This document shows positions 1 through 7,448 of a stretch of DNA of 31,401 nucleotides, one piece after another; positions within the stretch are counted from its first letter, which is position 1, and every line of letters begins with the position of its first letter. The translations under genes and the position numbers were made by a program. Below the pieces are notes generated by a model. That model worked only from the letters and a program-made list of their open reading frames with translations. It was not told where the DNA came from and ran no database searches. Source of the DNA: a virus; IMG/VR virus record IMGVR_UViG_3300046673_000201; one strand, written 5' to 3'.

Positions 1-127
1 CTGTGTCTTACCCAATAGCAATAAATAATGGAGGAACTGGACAGACTACAGCGCAATTAGCTATGAACGCATTAGCTGGCGCAGTCACCACTAAATACTA
101 TTTACGTGGAGATAACACCAATGTAAC
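1..127. repeat. Terminal direct repeat copy 1 (identical to 31275-31401); marks a circularly closed or terminally redundant contig with a unique length of 31274 bp
   Basis: Read directly: ctgtgtcttacccaatagcaataaataatggaggaactgg... at 1-127 recurs base for base at 31275-31401. Confidence 0.95.
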
Positions 128-1706
128 AATGAGTGCTATTCAAGCCGCAGATGTTCCAACACTTAATCAAAGTACTAGCGGAACGGCCGCTAACGTAACA
201 GGAATTGTAGCCTTAGCTAATGGTGGAACTGCTGCTAACTTAACAGCAAATAACGGTGGTATATTCTACTCTACTGCATCAGCTGGAGCTATTTTATCCG
301 GCACAGCTACTGCTAAACAGGTTTTAGTGTCTGGCGCTTCTACTACTCCCGCTTGGAGTACAGCTACCTACCCAACTACAACTACCGTAAGTCAAATACT
401 ATATTCATCATCTGCTAATGCTATTGCTGGTTTAGCTACTGCAAATTCTGGAACATTAGTTACATCATCAACGGGCATTCCTTCTATAATTGCAGCCGGA
501 ACAACGGGACAATTCCTAAGCGCTAGTACCGCTGGTACTCCTGGGTGGAGCACTGCTACTTATCCAACTTCGACCACAATTAGTCGTATATTATACTCAT
601 CAGCGGCGAATACTGTTTCCGAATTAACGACAGCAAATAATGGAGTTTTGTTAACTAATGGGACCGGTGTTCCTTCTATTGGAACAGCTACCTTAGCTGT
701 TGGTGGTACAAGCAATAGTTTGTCTGCTAGTGCTGGTGGCGTTGTTTGGTCTGATGCCTCTAAGTTAAATATTCTAGCTGGAACTGCAACAGCTAACCAA
801 TTATTGCTATCCGGAGCCTCTGCTACTCCAGTGTGGTCAACAAGTACATATCCAACAACAAATGCAGTTAGTACCTTATTATACGCAAGTTCTGCAAATG
901 TAATGTCTGCTCTTGCTACTGGCAATAGTGGAACCCTGATAACCGATGCTGGCGGTATACCATCTATAAGCTCTACGCTTCCATCAACTGTACAAGGAAA
1001 TATTACGAAAACAGGAGCTTTAGCTTCTGGTTCTTTGGCTGCTGGTTTTACTGCGGTAACTGTTCCCTTGGGTGGCACGGGAGTATCTACTACTACGGCT
1101 TACGGTGTTGTATGTGGCGGAACAACCACGACAGCCGCATTGCAAAATGCCGGGGCTGGTACTACAGGACAGGTACTTACAAGTCAAGGAGCTACTGCAA
1201 TACCTACCTGGGCGAATAGTTCTGCTGTAGGTGGATTAGTTTTAATTGCTAGTAGCGCTCCGTCTGCGCAAACATCGGTTACGTTTAGTGGGTTAGGGAC
1301 TGGTTATATTTATAAGTTGGTATATTCTCTCTATCAAAATACCACAGCCGGCCAACCTACCTTAATATTCAATAATGATTCTGGAGGAGGGCTATATTAT
1401 TACGAAAGTTGTTATTTTGTAGGTGGATCATATGGCTCATCTGATATTAATGCGGCATTTATAGGGTTAACTAATAGCACAGATACCGTAACTGTTGGCA
1501 CTGCATTTACTGGCGAATACACATTCTCTACTGTTCAGGGAGCTACACATGACGTTACAATACAGGGAACTAGGGGTTATAATAGTGCTGCCATACTTAG
1601 TATGATGACCGGCATTTATCTTGGATCAGCCACATTGTCATCCATGAAGATAACAACAACTGCTGGAACTTTTACCGGAATTATCAGACTTTATGCGTAT
1701 GAGTAA
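1..1706 (+). CDS. Tail fibre protein, 3' portion of a gene that starts at 30884 and wraps the circle (about 698 aa in total)
   Basis: Open at the window start. It is in frame with 30884-31401 across the 127-bp overlap. Ser/Thr/Ala/Gly-rich, with three internal repeats (P-x-WST-x-TYPT...ILYSS-x-AN...G-x-PSI) and recurring NGGT(G/A) motifs. It lies last in a run of fibre-like genes. Confidence 0.8.
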   Translation, partial: VSYPIAINNGGTGQTTAQLAMNALAGAVTTKYYLRGDNTNVTMSAIQAADVPTLNQSTSGTAANVTGIVALANGGTAANLTANNGGIFYSTASAGAILSGTATAKQVLVSGASTTPAWSTATYPTTTTVSQILYSSSANAIAGLATANSGTLVTSSTGIPSIIAAGTTGQFLSASTAGTPGWSTATYPTSTTISRILYSSAANTVSELTTANNGVLLTNGTGVPSIGTATLAVGGTSNSLSASAGGVVWSDASKLNILAGTATANQLLLSGASATPVWSTSTYPTTNAVSTLLYASSANVMSALATGNSGTLITDAGGIPSISSTLPSTVQGNITKTGALASGSLAAGFTAVTVPLGGTGVSTTTAYGVVCGGTTTTAALQNAGAGTTGQVLTSQGATAIPTWANSSAVGGLVLIASSAPSAQTSVTFSGLGTGYIYKLVYSLYQNTTAGQPTLIFNNDSGGGLYYYESCYFVGGSYGSSDINAAFIGLTNSTDTVTVGTAFTGEYTFSTVQGATHDVTIQGTRGYNSAAILSMMTGIYLGSATLSSMKITTTAGTFTGIIRLYAYE

Positions 1707-1748
1707 AGTTATATATTACAATAAAAAAATGTAATTATTTCTAGATAA

Positions 1749-1788
1749 GCGTGATTATACTTATAATCACGCATAATAATAATCACGC
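1749..1788. promoter_or_regulatory. Operator-like palindrome gcgtgattata-ct-tataatcacgc plus a third aatcacgc half-site; it contains a TATAAT hexamer
   Basis: 24-bp near-perfect palindrome at 1749-1772 with TATAAT at 1762-1767, and a repeated half-site at 1781-1788. It lies just upstream of the 1808 ORF / nuclease / lysis block. Confidence 0.35.
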
Positions 1789-1807
1789 TAAACATTGGGG
1801 AATTAAA

Positions 1808-1978
1808 ATGCCTTTAATCAAAAGTAAAAGTAAGAAAGCTTTTAGGTCAAATGTAAAAGAACTTGTTAATGCATATAAAGAAAAAGGAAAAATAGGAACG
1901 AGCAAACCTAAATCAAAAAAAGCTGCTATACGCCAAGCAATAGCAATATCATATGCGCAAAAACGTAAGAGCAAGTAA
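1808..1978 (+). CDS. Small lysine-rich basic protein (56 aa), function unknown
   Basis: ATG at 1808 preceded by GGGGA (1797-1801). MPLIKSKSKKAFRSNVKELV...AAIRQAIAISYAQKRKSK. The longer track ORF from 1751 has no better start signal. Confidence 0.55.
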   Translation: MPLIKSKSKKAFRSNVKELVNAYKEKGKIGTSKPKSKKAAIRQAIAISYAQKRKSK

Positions 1979-2003
1979 CATCACCGAATTCAGTTAGGTT
2001 AAA

Positions 2004-2360
2004 ATGAAACAAACCGAACACCAGATCCAATCTTCTTTCTTCGAGTGGTTACGATATAAATATCCGCAATTCATCGATACCATGTCAATTTTTGCAATTC
2101 CTAATGGTGGAAAAAGACATGTAGTAACTGCCATAAAGCTTAAGAAAGAAGGGGTACAAAGCGGTGTTTGGGATGTATTTTGCGCGATTCCTCATGCTGG
2201 AAAACATGGACTTTTTCTTGAATTTAAGGCAGGAAAAAACAAATTAACCGATAATCAAAATATTTTTATGAACAATCGACTGATGTCTGGTTACGCTTGT
2301 GAAATAGTTTATAGTCTTGATGAGGCTATAGTTGCCTTGAACAACTACCTAATCAGTTAA
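2004..2360 (+). CDS. VRR-NUC domain nuclease
   Basis: EHQIQSSFFEWL...IPNGGKR...LKKEGVQSGVWDV...GLFLEFKAGKNKLTDNQ...GYACEIVYSLDEA matches the PD-(D/E)xK VRR-NUC pattern (E..IQ, NGG.R, G.pD, E.K..g.LS..Q). Confidence 0.85.
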   Translation: MKQTEHQIQSSFFEWLRYKYPQFIDTMSIFAIPNGGKRHVVTAIKLKKEGVQSGVWDVFCAIPHAGKHGLFLEFKAGKNKLTDNQNIFMNNRLMSGYACEIVYSLDEAIVALNNYLIS

Positions 2361-2408
2361 ATTGCTAAGTCTTAATAAAGTGTTAAAATGTAATTTTAGG
2401 AGATATAA

Positions 2409-2927
2409 ATGGCAGACTTTTTACCAGCGGTAACAATAGTTTTAAAACAAGAAGGTGGATGGTGTAATGATGCCGCAGATTCTGGTGGAGAAACAAATCT
2501 AGGTCTTACATGGACGGATCTTAATGCTGCCATCAAAGCGGGGATTGTTTCACGTGGAACAAAGATAAAAGATCTAACCCAATCTCAAGCAACGGATATT
2601 TATAAAGAACTTTACTGGGATGCGCACTTAAATCTAAATAATATAAACAATCAGTCAATTGCTAATAAACTATTTTCAGAAATTGTAAACCTAGGTCCTT
2701 ATCCGGCAGTTCTGATAATCCAAAAAGCAATTAATACCAACAATGGGAATATTCAAGAAGACGGAAAGTTCGGCCCGCACACACTTGACGCTATAAATAA
2801 TGTTGATAGCGATGCTTTATTAACTTCTTATAAGAAAGCATTATGCAGTTACTACCGAAGTATTGTTATAAGAAATCCTAAGGATGAGATCTTCCTAAAA
2901 GGTTGGCTCGCGCGTGCTAATAGTTAA
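2409..2927 (+). CDS. Endolysin, glycoside hydrolase family 108 with a C-terminal PG_binding_3-like region
   Basis: N-terminus FLPAVTIVLKQEGGWCNDAADSGGETNLGLT is the GH108 signature (L..EGGy.nd..D.GG.T..Gi). DGKFGPHTLDAIN is typical of the peptidoglycan-binding part. It is followed by membrane-protein genes. Confidence 0.85.
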   Translation: MADFLPAVTIVLKQEGGWCNDAADSGGETNLGLTWTDLNAAIKAGIVSRGTKIKDLTQSQATDIYKELYWDAHLNLNNINNQSIANKLFSEIVNLGPYPAVLIIQKAINTNNGNIQEDGKFGPHTLDAINNVDSDALLTSYKKALCSYYRSIVIRNPKDEIFLKGWLARANS

Positions 2928-2938
2928 TAGGCGACTAT

Positions 2939-3016
2939 GTGAAATATATACCAGGTGTATTAATTTTAATTCTTTGTGTATTAATGGGATACGCTTTATA
3001 TCAAACAATATTATGA
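2939..3016 (+). CDS. Possible 25-aa hydrophobic peptide (GTG start)
   Basis: (M)KYIPGVLILILCVLMGYALYQTIL. Its TGA overlaps the ATG at 3013 (ATGA). Weak AGG upstream. Not in the ORF track because it is too short. Confidence 0.3.
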   Translation: MKYIPGVLILILCVLMGYALYQTIL

Positions 3017-3324
3017 CAGAGCCAACGATAATAAACGCGAACGCAGATAGCACAACTATCGTGCAGAATATCCAGCAAGGAACTTTACAAGACTCTACTG
3101 GCAATCTATGTATAAAAAAAATATCAGGCATATCGTTTCTAGTTACTGGAGCTATATTAGGATTGATTTTATTCTGGCGTGGTTTGATTGATCCTGAGCA
3201 TAGTTACGAGGCATCAATGTCGGTGATGACTACATTCCTTGTCAGCGGCGGCAGTTTGATAGGATTAAGCTCAATTGATGGGCTTAAATCAATGTTTAGT
3301 AGAGGAAAACAGGGGGCAGTGTAA
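3013..3324 (+). CDS. Putative holin (two predicted TM helices)
   Basis: Directly downstream of the endolysin. ISGISFLVTGAILGLILFW and MSVMTTFLVSGGSLIGLSSI are hydrophobic segments, with a charged C-terminus. The start is uncertain (GTG 2914 or ATG 3013). Confidence 0.5.
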   Translation: MTEPTIINANADSTTIVQNIQQGTLQDSTGNLCIKKISGISFLVTGAILGLILFWRGLIDPEHSYEASMSVMTTFLVSGGSLIGLSSIDGLKSMFSRGKQGAV

Positions 3325-3464
3325 TGATATATATAATTATATGTGTATTATTAACAGTATTCATAGTTGTTATATTTAGTTTGCTACATATAAATAAATG
3401 TCGTGATTATTTTGATAATAAATATCCTATTAAAACCATTCCAAGGCCGGGATCAAAATTTTGA
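3324..3464 (+). CDS. Small single-TM protein (46 aa)
   Basis: ATG overlaps the upstream TAA. MIYIIICVLLTVFIVVIFSLLHINKCRDYFDNKYPIKTIPRPGSKF. Confidence 0.4.
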   Translation: MIYIIICVLLTVFIVVIFSLLHINKCRDYFDNKYPIKTIPRPGSKF

Positions 3465-3553
3465 AAAATTCATTTTTATTATTAGCATTTGCGTTTTTAT
3501 CTTTAACAATTGTTGTGGTATCTAGTTACGTAATATACTTAACATTTATTTAA
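3461..3553 (+). CDS. Possible small TM peptide (30 aa, TTG start)
   Basis: (M)KNSFLLLAFAFLSLTIVVVSSYVIYLTFI. Overlaps the preceding stop. Non-ATG start. Confidence 0.25.
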   Translation: MKNSFLLLAFAFLSLTIVVVSSYVIYLTFI

Positions 3554-3564
3554 AGGAGTAAAAT

Positions 3565-3777
3565 ATGATTATACTTATAATAACAGTATCTGTATTGATA
3601 GTAGCTGGGATATTTTTATATATTCTGATAAAAGATTCAGGTGAGAAAAAAGAACAACAAAAAGAAGTTGAGGCTGCTATAACAGAGGCTAGAAAAATTG
3701 CAGCAGTTGCAGCAGCAAGCGCCACTACTACCGACCAACAGGTGCAAGAAGACATGAAAAAATTCACGAGAGACTAA
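3565..3777 (+). CDS. Putative i-spanin (N-terminal TM anchor plus charged helical periplasmic part)
   Basis: AGGAG at 3554-3558. MIILIITVSVLIVAGIFLYILI followed by a KE-rich segment. It immediately precedes, and overlaps by 1 nt, a lipoprotein gene. Confidence 0.55.
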   Translation: MIILIITVSVLIVAGIFLYILIKDSGEKKEQQKEVEAAITEARKIAAVAAASATTTDQQVQEDMKKFTRD

Positions 3778-3971
3778 TGAGAAAATTAATACTATTGTTA
3801 TCTGCATTACTATTATGCGGATGTGCTGCAGATAAATTATATTTATCTGATATGTGCTTGCTAGCAAAACCAATTTCGATATCGAAGGCTGATAAAATTA
3901 CCCCGGTTACTTTGCGTGAAATATGGGAATTTAACGCCAAATATGAAGTTTTATGCGGTGTTAAGAAGTAG
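3777..3971 (+). CDS. Putative o-spanin (outer-membrane lipoprotein)
   Basis: MRKLILLLSALLLCGC: signal peptide with lipobox L-C-G-C. Small mature protein with extra Cys. Last gene of the lysis block. Confidence 0.65.
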   Translation: MRKLILLLSALLLCGCAADKLYLSDMCLLAKPISISKADKITPVTLREIWEFNAKYEVLCGVKK

Positions 3972-4227
3972 TTTTTTTGTTCCCTCTTCTTCTCGATACA
4001 TCTCCGGTACTTGTGCTCAGCATATCCTCTAGGGTTATTTCTATGTCAAACATTTTAGCGAACTCAACTAAGCGTTGCGTTACTTGATTGCTAGGTCTCG
4101 CTAAATCATTCTCAAATCTACTAATCCTGTTTTGTGATATCTCTAAAATGAGGGCTAGTTCTTGTTGGTTTATTTCTGCCTTCGATCTCAGATCTATTAT
4201 TTTTTGTGCTAAAGTATTTGTTGTCAT
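3961..4227 (-). CDS. XRE-family helix-turn-helix repressor (CI/Cro-like)
   Basis: LAQKIIDLRSKAEINQQELALILEISQNRISRFENDLARPS is a typical HTH_3 motif. It is divergent from the early operon. Confidence 0.8.
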   Translation of the reverse strand: MTTNTLAQKIIDLRSKAEINQQELALILEISQNRISRFENDLARPSNQVTQRLVEFAKMFDIEITLEDMLSTSTGDVSRRRGNKKTTS

Positions 4228-4278
4228 TTATAGAGTATACATACATGTAAAATTATTTCATAATTATTTTATAGTTAC

Positions 4279-4306
4279 TTGACATAATTAAAAAGTATGC
4301 TATATT
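4279..4306 (+). promoter_or_regulatory. Sigma70-type early rightward promoter
   Basis: TTGACA (4279-4284), 16-bp spacer, TATATT (4301-4306). Faces the early operon, opposite the repressor gene. Confidence 0.55.
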
Positions 4307-4354
4307 AAACATTGTTGCAAACAATAAAATAACAAATTGACAGGAGTTTTAACA

Positions 4355-4495
4355 ATGAATAACGATTTTGATTTTATATCTGAAATTAATGCATATAATG
4401 CCACCGTTTTAAAATCTATTTTCCCTCAAATATTTATTGACGAAGAAAATAAAGTAGAATGGTCTAACGATCAATTATCTTCGGAGGTAGAATAA
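4355..4495 (+). CDS. Small acidic hypothetical protein (46 aa)
   Basis: CAGGAG at 4341-4346 then ATG 4355. MNNDFDFISEINAYNATVLKSIFPQIFIDEENKVEWSNDQLSSEVE. Confidence 0.45.
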   Translation: MNNDFDFISEINAYNATVLKSIFPQIFIDEENKVEWSNDQLSSEVE

Positions 4496-4636
4496 ATGAA
4501 TATATTTTATTCTCGCCATAGAGCTACAGATGTACTACCTAATAAAAAAAGAAAAACTACATATAAAATAGTATATTTTATTGCTGTGGTAACTATCGTC
4601 ACAACGATTTATCTTTTGATTAGTGGGGTATTGTAA
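4496..4636 (+). CDS. Small tail-anchored membrane protein (46 aa)
   Basis: GGAGG at 4483-4487. MNIFYSRHRATDVLPNKKRKTTYKIVYFIAVVTIVTTIYLLISGVL. Its stop overlaps the ATG at 4636. Confidence 0.45.
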   Translation: MNIFYSRHRATDVLPNKKRKTTYKIVYFIAVVTIVTTIYLLISGVL

Positions 4637-5547
4637 TGAATAACAAACAGAACCCATTTAAAAAGGCAGAACGAAAGAAAAGTAAATTAAGGCTTTGCCT
4701 AACCGGTGTTTCTGGTTCTGGTAAAACTTATTCAGCTCTTAGACTAGCGAAAGGAATGGGTGGTAAGATTGCTTTTATTGATACGGAACAAGGTAGCGCA
4801 CAACTTTATTCTGATATGGCAGAATTTGATGTGCTCGAATTGTCAGCCCCTTATAGTCCATCTCGTTACATTGATGCTATAAAACAAGCTGAGTTAGCTG
4901 GATATGAAATTCTAATAGTGGATTCTTTGAGCCACGCTTGGGCCGGTGAAGGTGGTGTCTTAGATATAGTAGATAAATTATCTCAGGCATCTAACAGTAA
5001 AAATAGTTTTATGTCATGGAATAAAGGATCTAAAGAGCAAAATATTTTAGTGGACAAAATATTATCCTCTCCTTTGCATATAATATGTTGTTTGCGTTCT
5101 AAAACAGCATATGAATTGGTTGACGCTGGAAACGGTAGGAAATCTCCAAAGAAATTTGGACTTGCTCCCGTACAGCGTGAAAATATGGAGTATGAATTCA
5201 CATCAGTTTTAGATATTTCTCGCGATTCTCATTTAGCGGTAGTATCTAAAAACCGAACATCATTATTTGCTGATGAAACTCCTTTTCTTATAACAGAAGA
5301 GACAGGAAAAGATTTTATATCTTGGCTTGACAAAGGTGTAGAGCCGCCAGCGAAAAGAGATTTCATTACTATTGATTTGCTTGATAAAATAAATGCTTGT
5401 AACTACATCAAGGAATTAGAGTCTATATTTATCGACGCAAGAAAAGATATGACATGCGAAGCTGAGCAACAAGATCTAATAAAAGATTGTGCCAGAAGAA
5501 AGAAAGAATTGCTTGCTTTAGAAGTTGAAAAGGATATAGATTTTTAA
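4636..5547 (+). CDS. AAA_24-family RecA-like ATPase (Sak4-like recombination protein)
   Basis: Walker A LTGVSGSGKTYSA, Walker B ILIVDSLSHAW, then the RSKTAYE...P.QRENMEYEF pattern typical of phage AAA_24/Sak4 proteins. Confidence 0.8.
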   Translation: MNNKQNPFKKAERKKSKLRLCLTGVSGSGKTYSALRLAKGMGGKIAFIDTEQGSAQLYSDMAEFDVLELSAPYSPSRYIDAIKQAELAGYEILIVDSLSHAWAGEGGVLDIVDKLSQASNSKNSFMSWNKGSKEQNILVDKILSSPLHIICCLRSKTAYELVDAGNGRKSPKKFGLAPVQRENMEYEFTSVLDISRDSHLAVVSKNRTSLFADETPFLITEETGKDFISWLDKGVEPPAKRDFITIDLLDKINACNYIKELESIFIDARKDMTCEAEQQDLIKDCARRKKELLALEVEKDIDF

Positions 5548-5780
5548 TGTTCATAAATAATATGATTACAAAACTAACCACAGAATCAAGAATTAGAACT
5601 AATCTTTATAGCGGACGAGAGATAAATCACAAACTTAATTTTATTAAATCCGTGATTATTTCTCCATGCTCTTACGAAGATATTAAACGTATAGTTAAAA
5701 GCGATAATATTTATGTATTAAATGATAAAGAAAAGTTAAGATTAGTGATATTTTTTCTAAGAACAAAATTTGTTAAATAA
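5547..5780 (+). CDS. Hypothetical protein (77 aa)
   Basis: ORF coupled to the upstream stop. No motif recognised. Confidence 0.4.
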   Translation: MFINNMITKLTTESRIRTNLYSGREINHKLNFIKSVIISPCSYEDIKRIVKSDNIYVLNDKEKLRLVIFFLRTKFVK

Positions 5781-5792
5781 AAGGAAAATAAA

Positions 5793-6284
5793 ATGTACGA
5801 CGAAAAACAGTTACTAAAACCAGGTGTATATAGTTTTATTATATCTTACTGCAATGTTGATTATATCAGCAAAGCTAGCAACTCATCTATCAAACTATCT
5901 TTTGATATAGTTGATAGCGATGGCGCTAATTACACTGTTCATGACTATCTTACAAAGAAAAATGATGAGAAGACGGGCAAACCTTTTGTTTTTATCGTTA
6001 AGAAGATAGCAGCATTATTAAGTTCTATAGGTAAACCTGGTTTGATAGGGAAGGTTTTAAAAAATGAAGATCTACTGGGTGCTACTGGATTTGCATCAGT
6101 AAGTATTATAGATGATAATATTTATGGTAAGCAAAATAAAATAAATAGATTCATTTCTGGAGATGACGCAAAGAATCATTTGATAGCAAATGAAGTCTCT
6201 AGCAGACAGATAGAGTTACCTTTGGATAACTTAGTGCCTGTTTCTGCTGAAGTTAAAGAACCATTCGACGACATCCCTTTTTAA
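5793..6284 (+). CDS. DUF669-like protein (possible ssDNA-binding partner of Sak4)
   Basis: LKPGVYSFIIS...SIKLSFDIVDSDGANYTVHDYL...LLGATGFASVSIIDDNIYGKQNKINRFIS resembles the DUF669 pattern. It sits directly after an AAA_24 gene, as is common in phages. Confidence 0.5.
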   Translation: MYDEKQLLKPGVYSFIISYCNVDYISKASNSSIKLSFDIVDSDGANYTVHDYLTKKNDEKTGKPFVFIVKKIAALLSSIGKPGLIGKVLKNEDLLGATGFASVSIIDDNIYGKQNKINRFISGDDAKNHLIANEVSSRQIELPLDNLVPVSAEVKEPFDDIPF

Positions 6285-6295
6285 TTGGTAGATAA

Positions 6296-6499
6296 ATGAA
6301 AACATATACAATAGATACAGATTTTGATTCTGATCTCAGAGAATATATAGCTTTTTTTGACGGCTACGACGGTACGGTAGAAGAAGGTGTTGAATCAGAC
6401 CCTATTGGTCATGGCGATACAGAAACAGAGGCCATGTTGGATTTACTAGACCAATCATTTATGAGAGAGTGTTTAAAAAAAGATAAGGTGAAAAAATGA
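6296..6499 (+). CDS. Hypothetical acidic protein (67 aa); its 3' end lies in the duplicated region
   Basis: ORF with C-terminus ...ETEAMLDLLDQSFMRECLKKDKVKK. Confidence 0.45.
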   Translation: MKTYTIDTDFDSDLREYIAFFDGYDGTVEEGVESDPIGHGDTETEAMLDLLDQSFMRECLKKDKVKK

Positions 6500-6830
6500 A
6501 AAAAGAAACTGTAGAAAAAAGTATTGATGACGTAACAAATGATATGCGGCTAAAAACAGCAGAGGTTCGTGATGACATAGCAGAATTGATAACAAAAACA
6601 GAGGCCATGTTGGATTTACTAGACCAATCATTTATGAGAGGCAGAATTGATAACAAAAACAGAGGCCATGTTGGATTTACTAGACCAATCATTTATGAGA
6701 GAGTGTTTAAAAAAAGATAAGGTGAAAAAATGAAAAAAGAAACTGTAGAAAAAAGTATTGATGACGTAACAAATGATATGTGGCTAAAAACAGCAAAGGC
6801 TCGTGATGACATAGCAGAATTGATAACAAA
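6425..6830. repeat. Nested tandem duplication: a 43-bp block X occurs three times (6425-6467, 6598-6640, 6659-6701; a shared upstream base makes the last two copies 44 bp, from 6597 and 6658), a 129-bp block Y occurs twice (6468-6596, 6702-6830, three mismatches), and a 61-bp unit is tandemly doubled (6580-6640, 6641-6701)
   Basis: Direct reading of the sequence. The X copies are identical. The Y copies differ at 6547/6781, 6563/6797 and 6567/6801. Confidence 0.9.
6496..6720 (+). CDS. Chimeric ORF created by the duplication (N-terminus equals the 6730 ORF, middle equals the C-terminus of the 6296 ORF)
   Basis: MKKETVEKSIDDVTNDM(R/W)LKTA... is shared with 6730-6999, and TEAMLDLLDQSFMR is shared with 6296-6499. 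The tail is read out of frame through repeat copies. Confidence 0.35.
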   Translation: MKKETVEKSIDDVTNDMRLKTAEVRDDIAELITKTEAMLDLLDQSFMRGRIDNKNRGHVGFTRPIIYERVFKKR

Positions 6831-6999
6831 GAGTTATTTAACTCCTGTACAGGTATTGTCAGCATTGCTAATGAATGTATCAGCCTTATTAGAATATAAC
6901 GTAAAAGAGGAGTGTCTAGACGATAAGAATGATTATCTTGGTAAGCTTCTTATATTGTCTGGAAAGATCTTAGAGAAATCTGGAATTGTTAGGAAATAG
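6730..6999 (+). CDS. Hypothetical protein (89 aa)
   Basis: GGTGA RBS. ORF followed by an intrinsic terminator. Confidence 0.5.
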   Translation: MKKETVEKSIDDVTNDMWLKTAKARDDIAELITKSYLTPVQVLSALLMNVSALLEYNVKEECLDDKNDYLGKLLILSGKILEKSGIVRK

Positions 7000-7059
7000 T
7001 TTACTTATGTACCGGTATGTGTATATTCGAAGTGTAACTTAAAAATTTGTTCCTTTTAG

Positions 7060-7093
7060 CGGGTATTGTTACGCATAGCAATACCCGTTTTTT
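7060..7093 (+). terminator. Rho-independent terminator ending the early rightward operon
   Basis: Stem cgggtattg (7060-7068) / caatacccg (7079-7087) followed by TTTTTT (7088-7093). Confidence 0.75.
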
Positions 7094-7337
7094 ATCTTTC
7101 TTTAAAGCATTTGCTACAAATCCAATTCCCTTCCATATTTACCGTGCCAGGATTACTACACCTACAACCATCAGGTTTATATACAGTACATCTAGTGAAT
7201 TTAACATAGTTACCCGCTGACGTCTTAACGTTAATGTAATCATCTAAGTTTATCGCAGATTTTGACTCTGGTTTTTTATTGTAGTTACCATATGTCCTAA
7301 CCTCTTCACCGGTTCTGTAGTCTTTATAATTGCTCAT
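7092..7337 (-). CDS. Cys-rich hypothetical protein (81 aa)
   Basis: ORF with C..C....C-type cluster RCTVYKPDGCRCSNPG...WICSKCF. No clear SD. Confidence 0.45.
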   Translation of the reverse strand: MSNYKDYRTGEEVRTYGNYNKKPESKSAINLDDYINVKTSAGNYVKFTRCTVYKPDGCRCSNPGTVNMEGNWICSKCFKER

Positions 7338-7418
7338 ATTAATTTTTAGATAAGTATTTACATGTTTAATATATCTGATACATTCAGCGCACTCATAGAT
7401 TCTCTCTATTTGGACCTG

Positions 7419-7448
7419 AAATACCCGGTGAAAACTGGGTATTTTTTT
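7419..7448. terminator. GC-containing hairpin between two minus-strand genes, with a T-run on the plus strand
   Basis: aaataccc (7419-7426) / gggtattt (7437-7444), with the T-run (7442-7448) beginning inside the 3' arm. On the minus strand the tail is weak (auuuc). Confidence 0.35.

Noticed and set aside
560-1078. Long antisense ORFs in the track (560-1078, 1783-1974, 4983-5201, 6459-6692, 9341-9541, 12097-12312, 12894-13142, 14422-14769, 14889-15263, 19689-19943, 20887-21087, 23101-23340, 24389-24655, 25504-25953, 26649-26894, 27764-28240, 30518-30760, all minus strand)
   Set aside because: They lie entirely inside well-supported genes on the opposite strand, lack SD sequences, and have odd composition. 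They are shadow ORFs.
2895-3131. Minus-strand 78-aa ORF with a hydrophobic segment inside the lysis region
   Set aside because: It runs against a uniformly plus-strand, tightly coupled lysis operon and overlaps the endolysin stop and holin candidate. Its hydrophobicity mirrors the T-rich coding of the plus-strand TM peptides.
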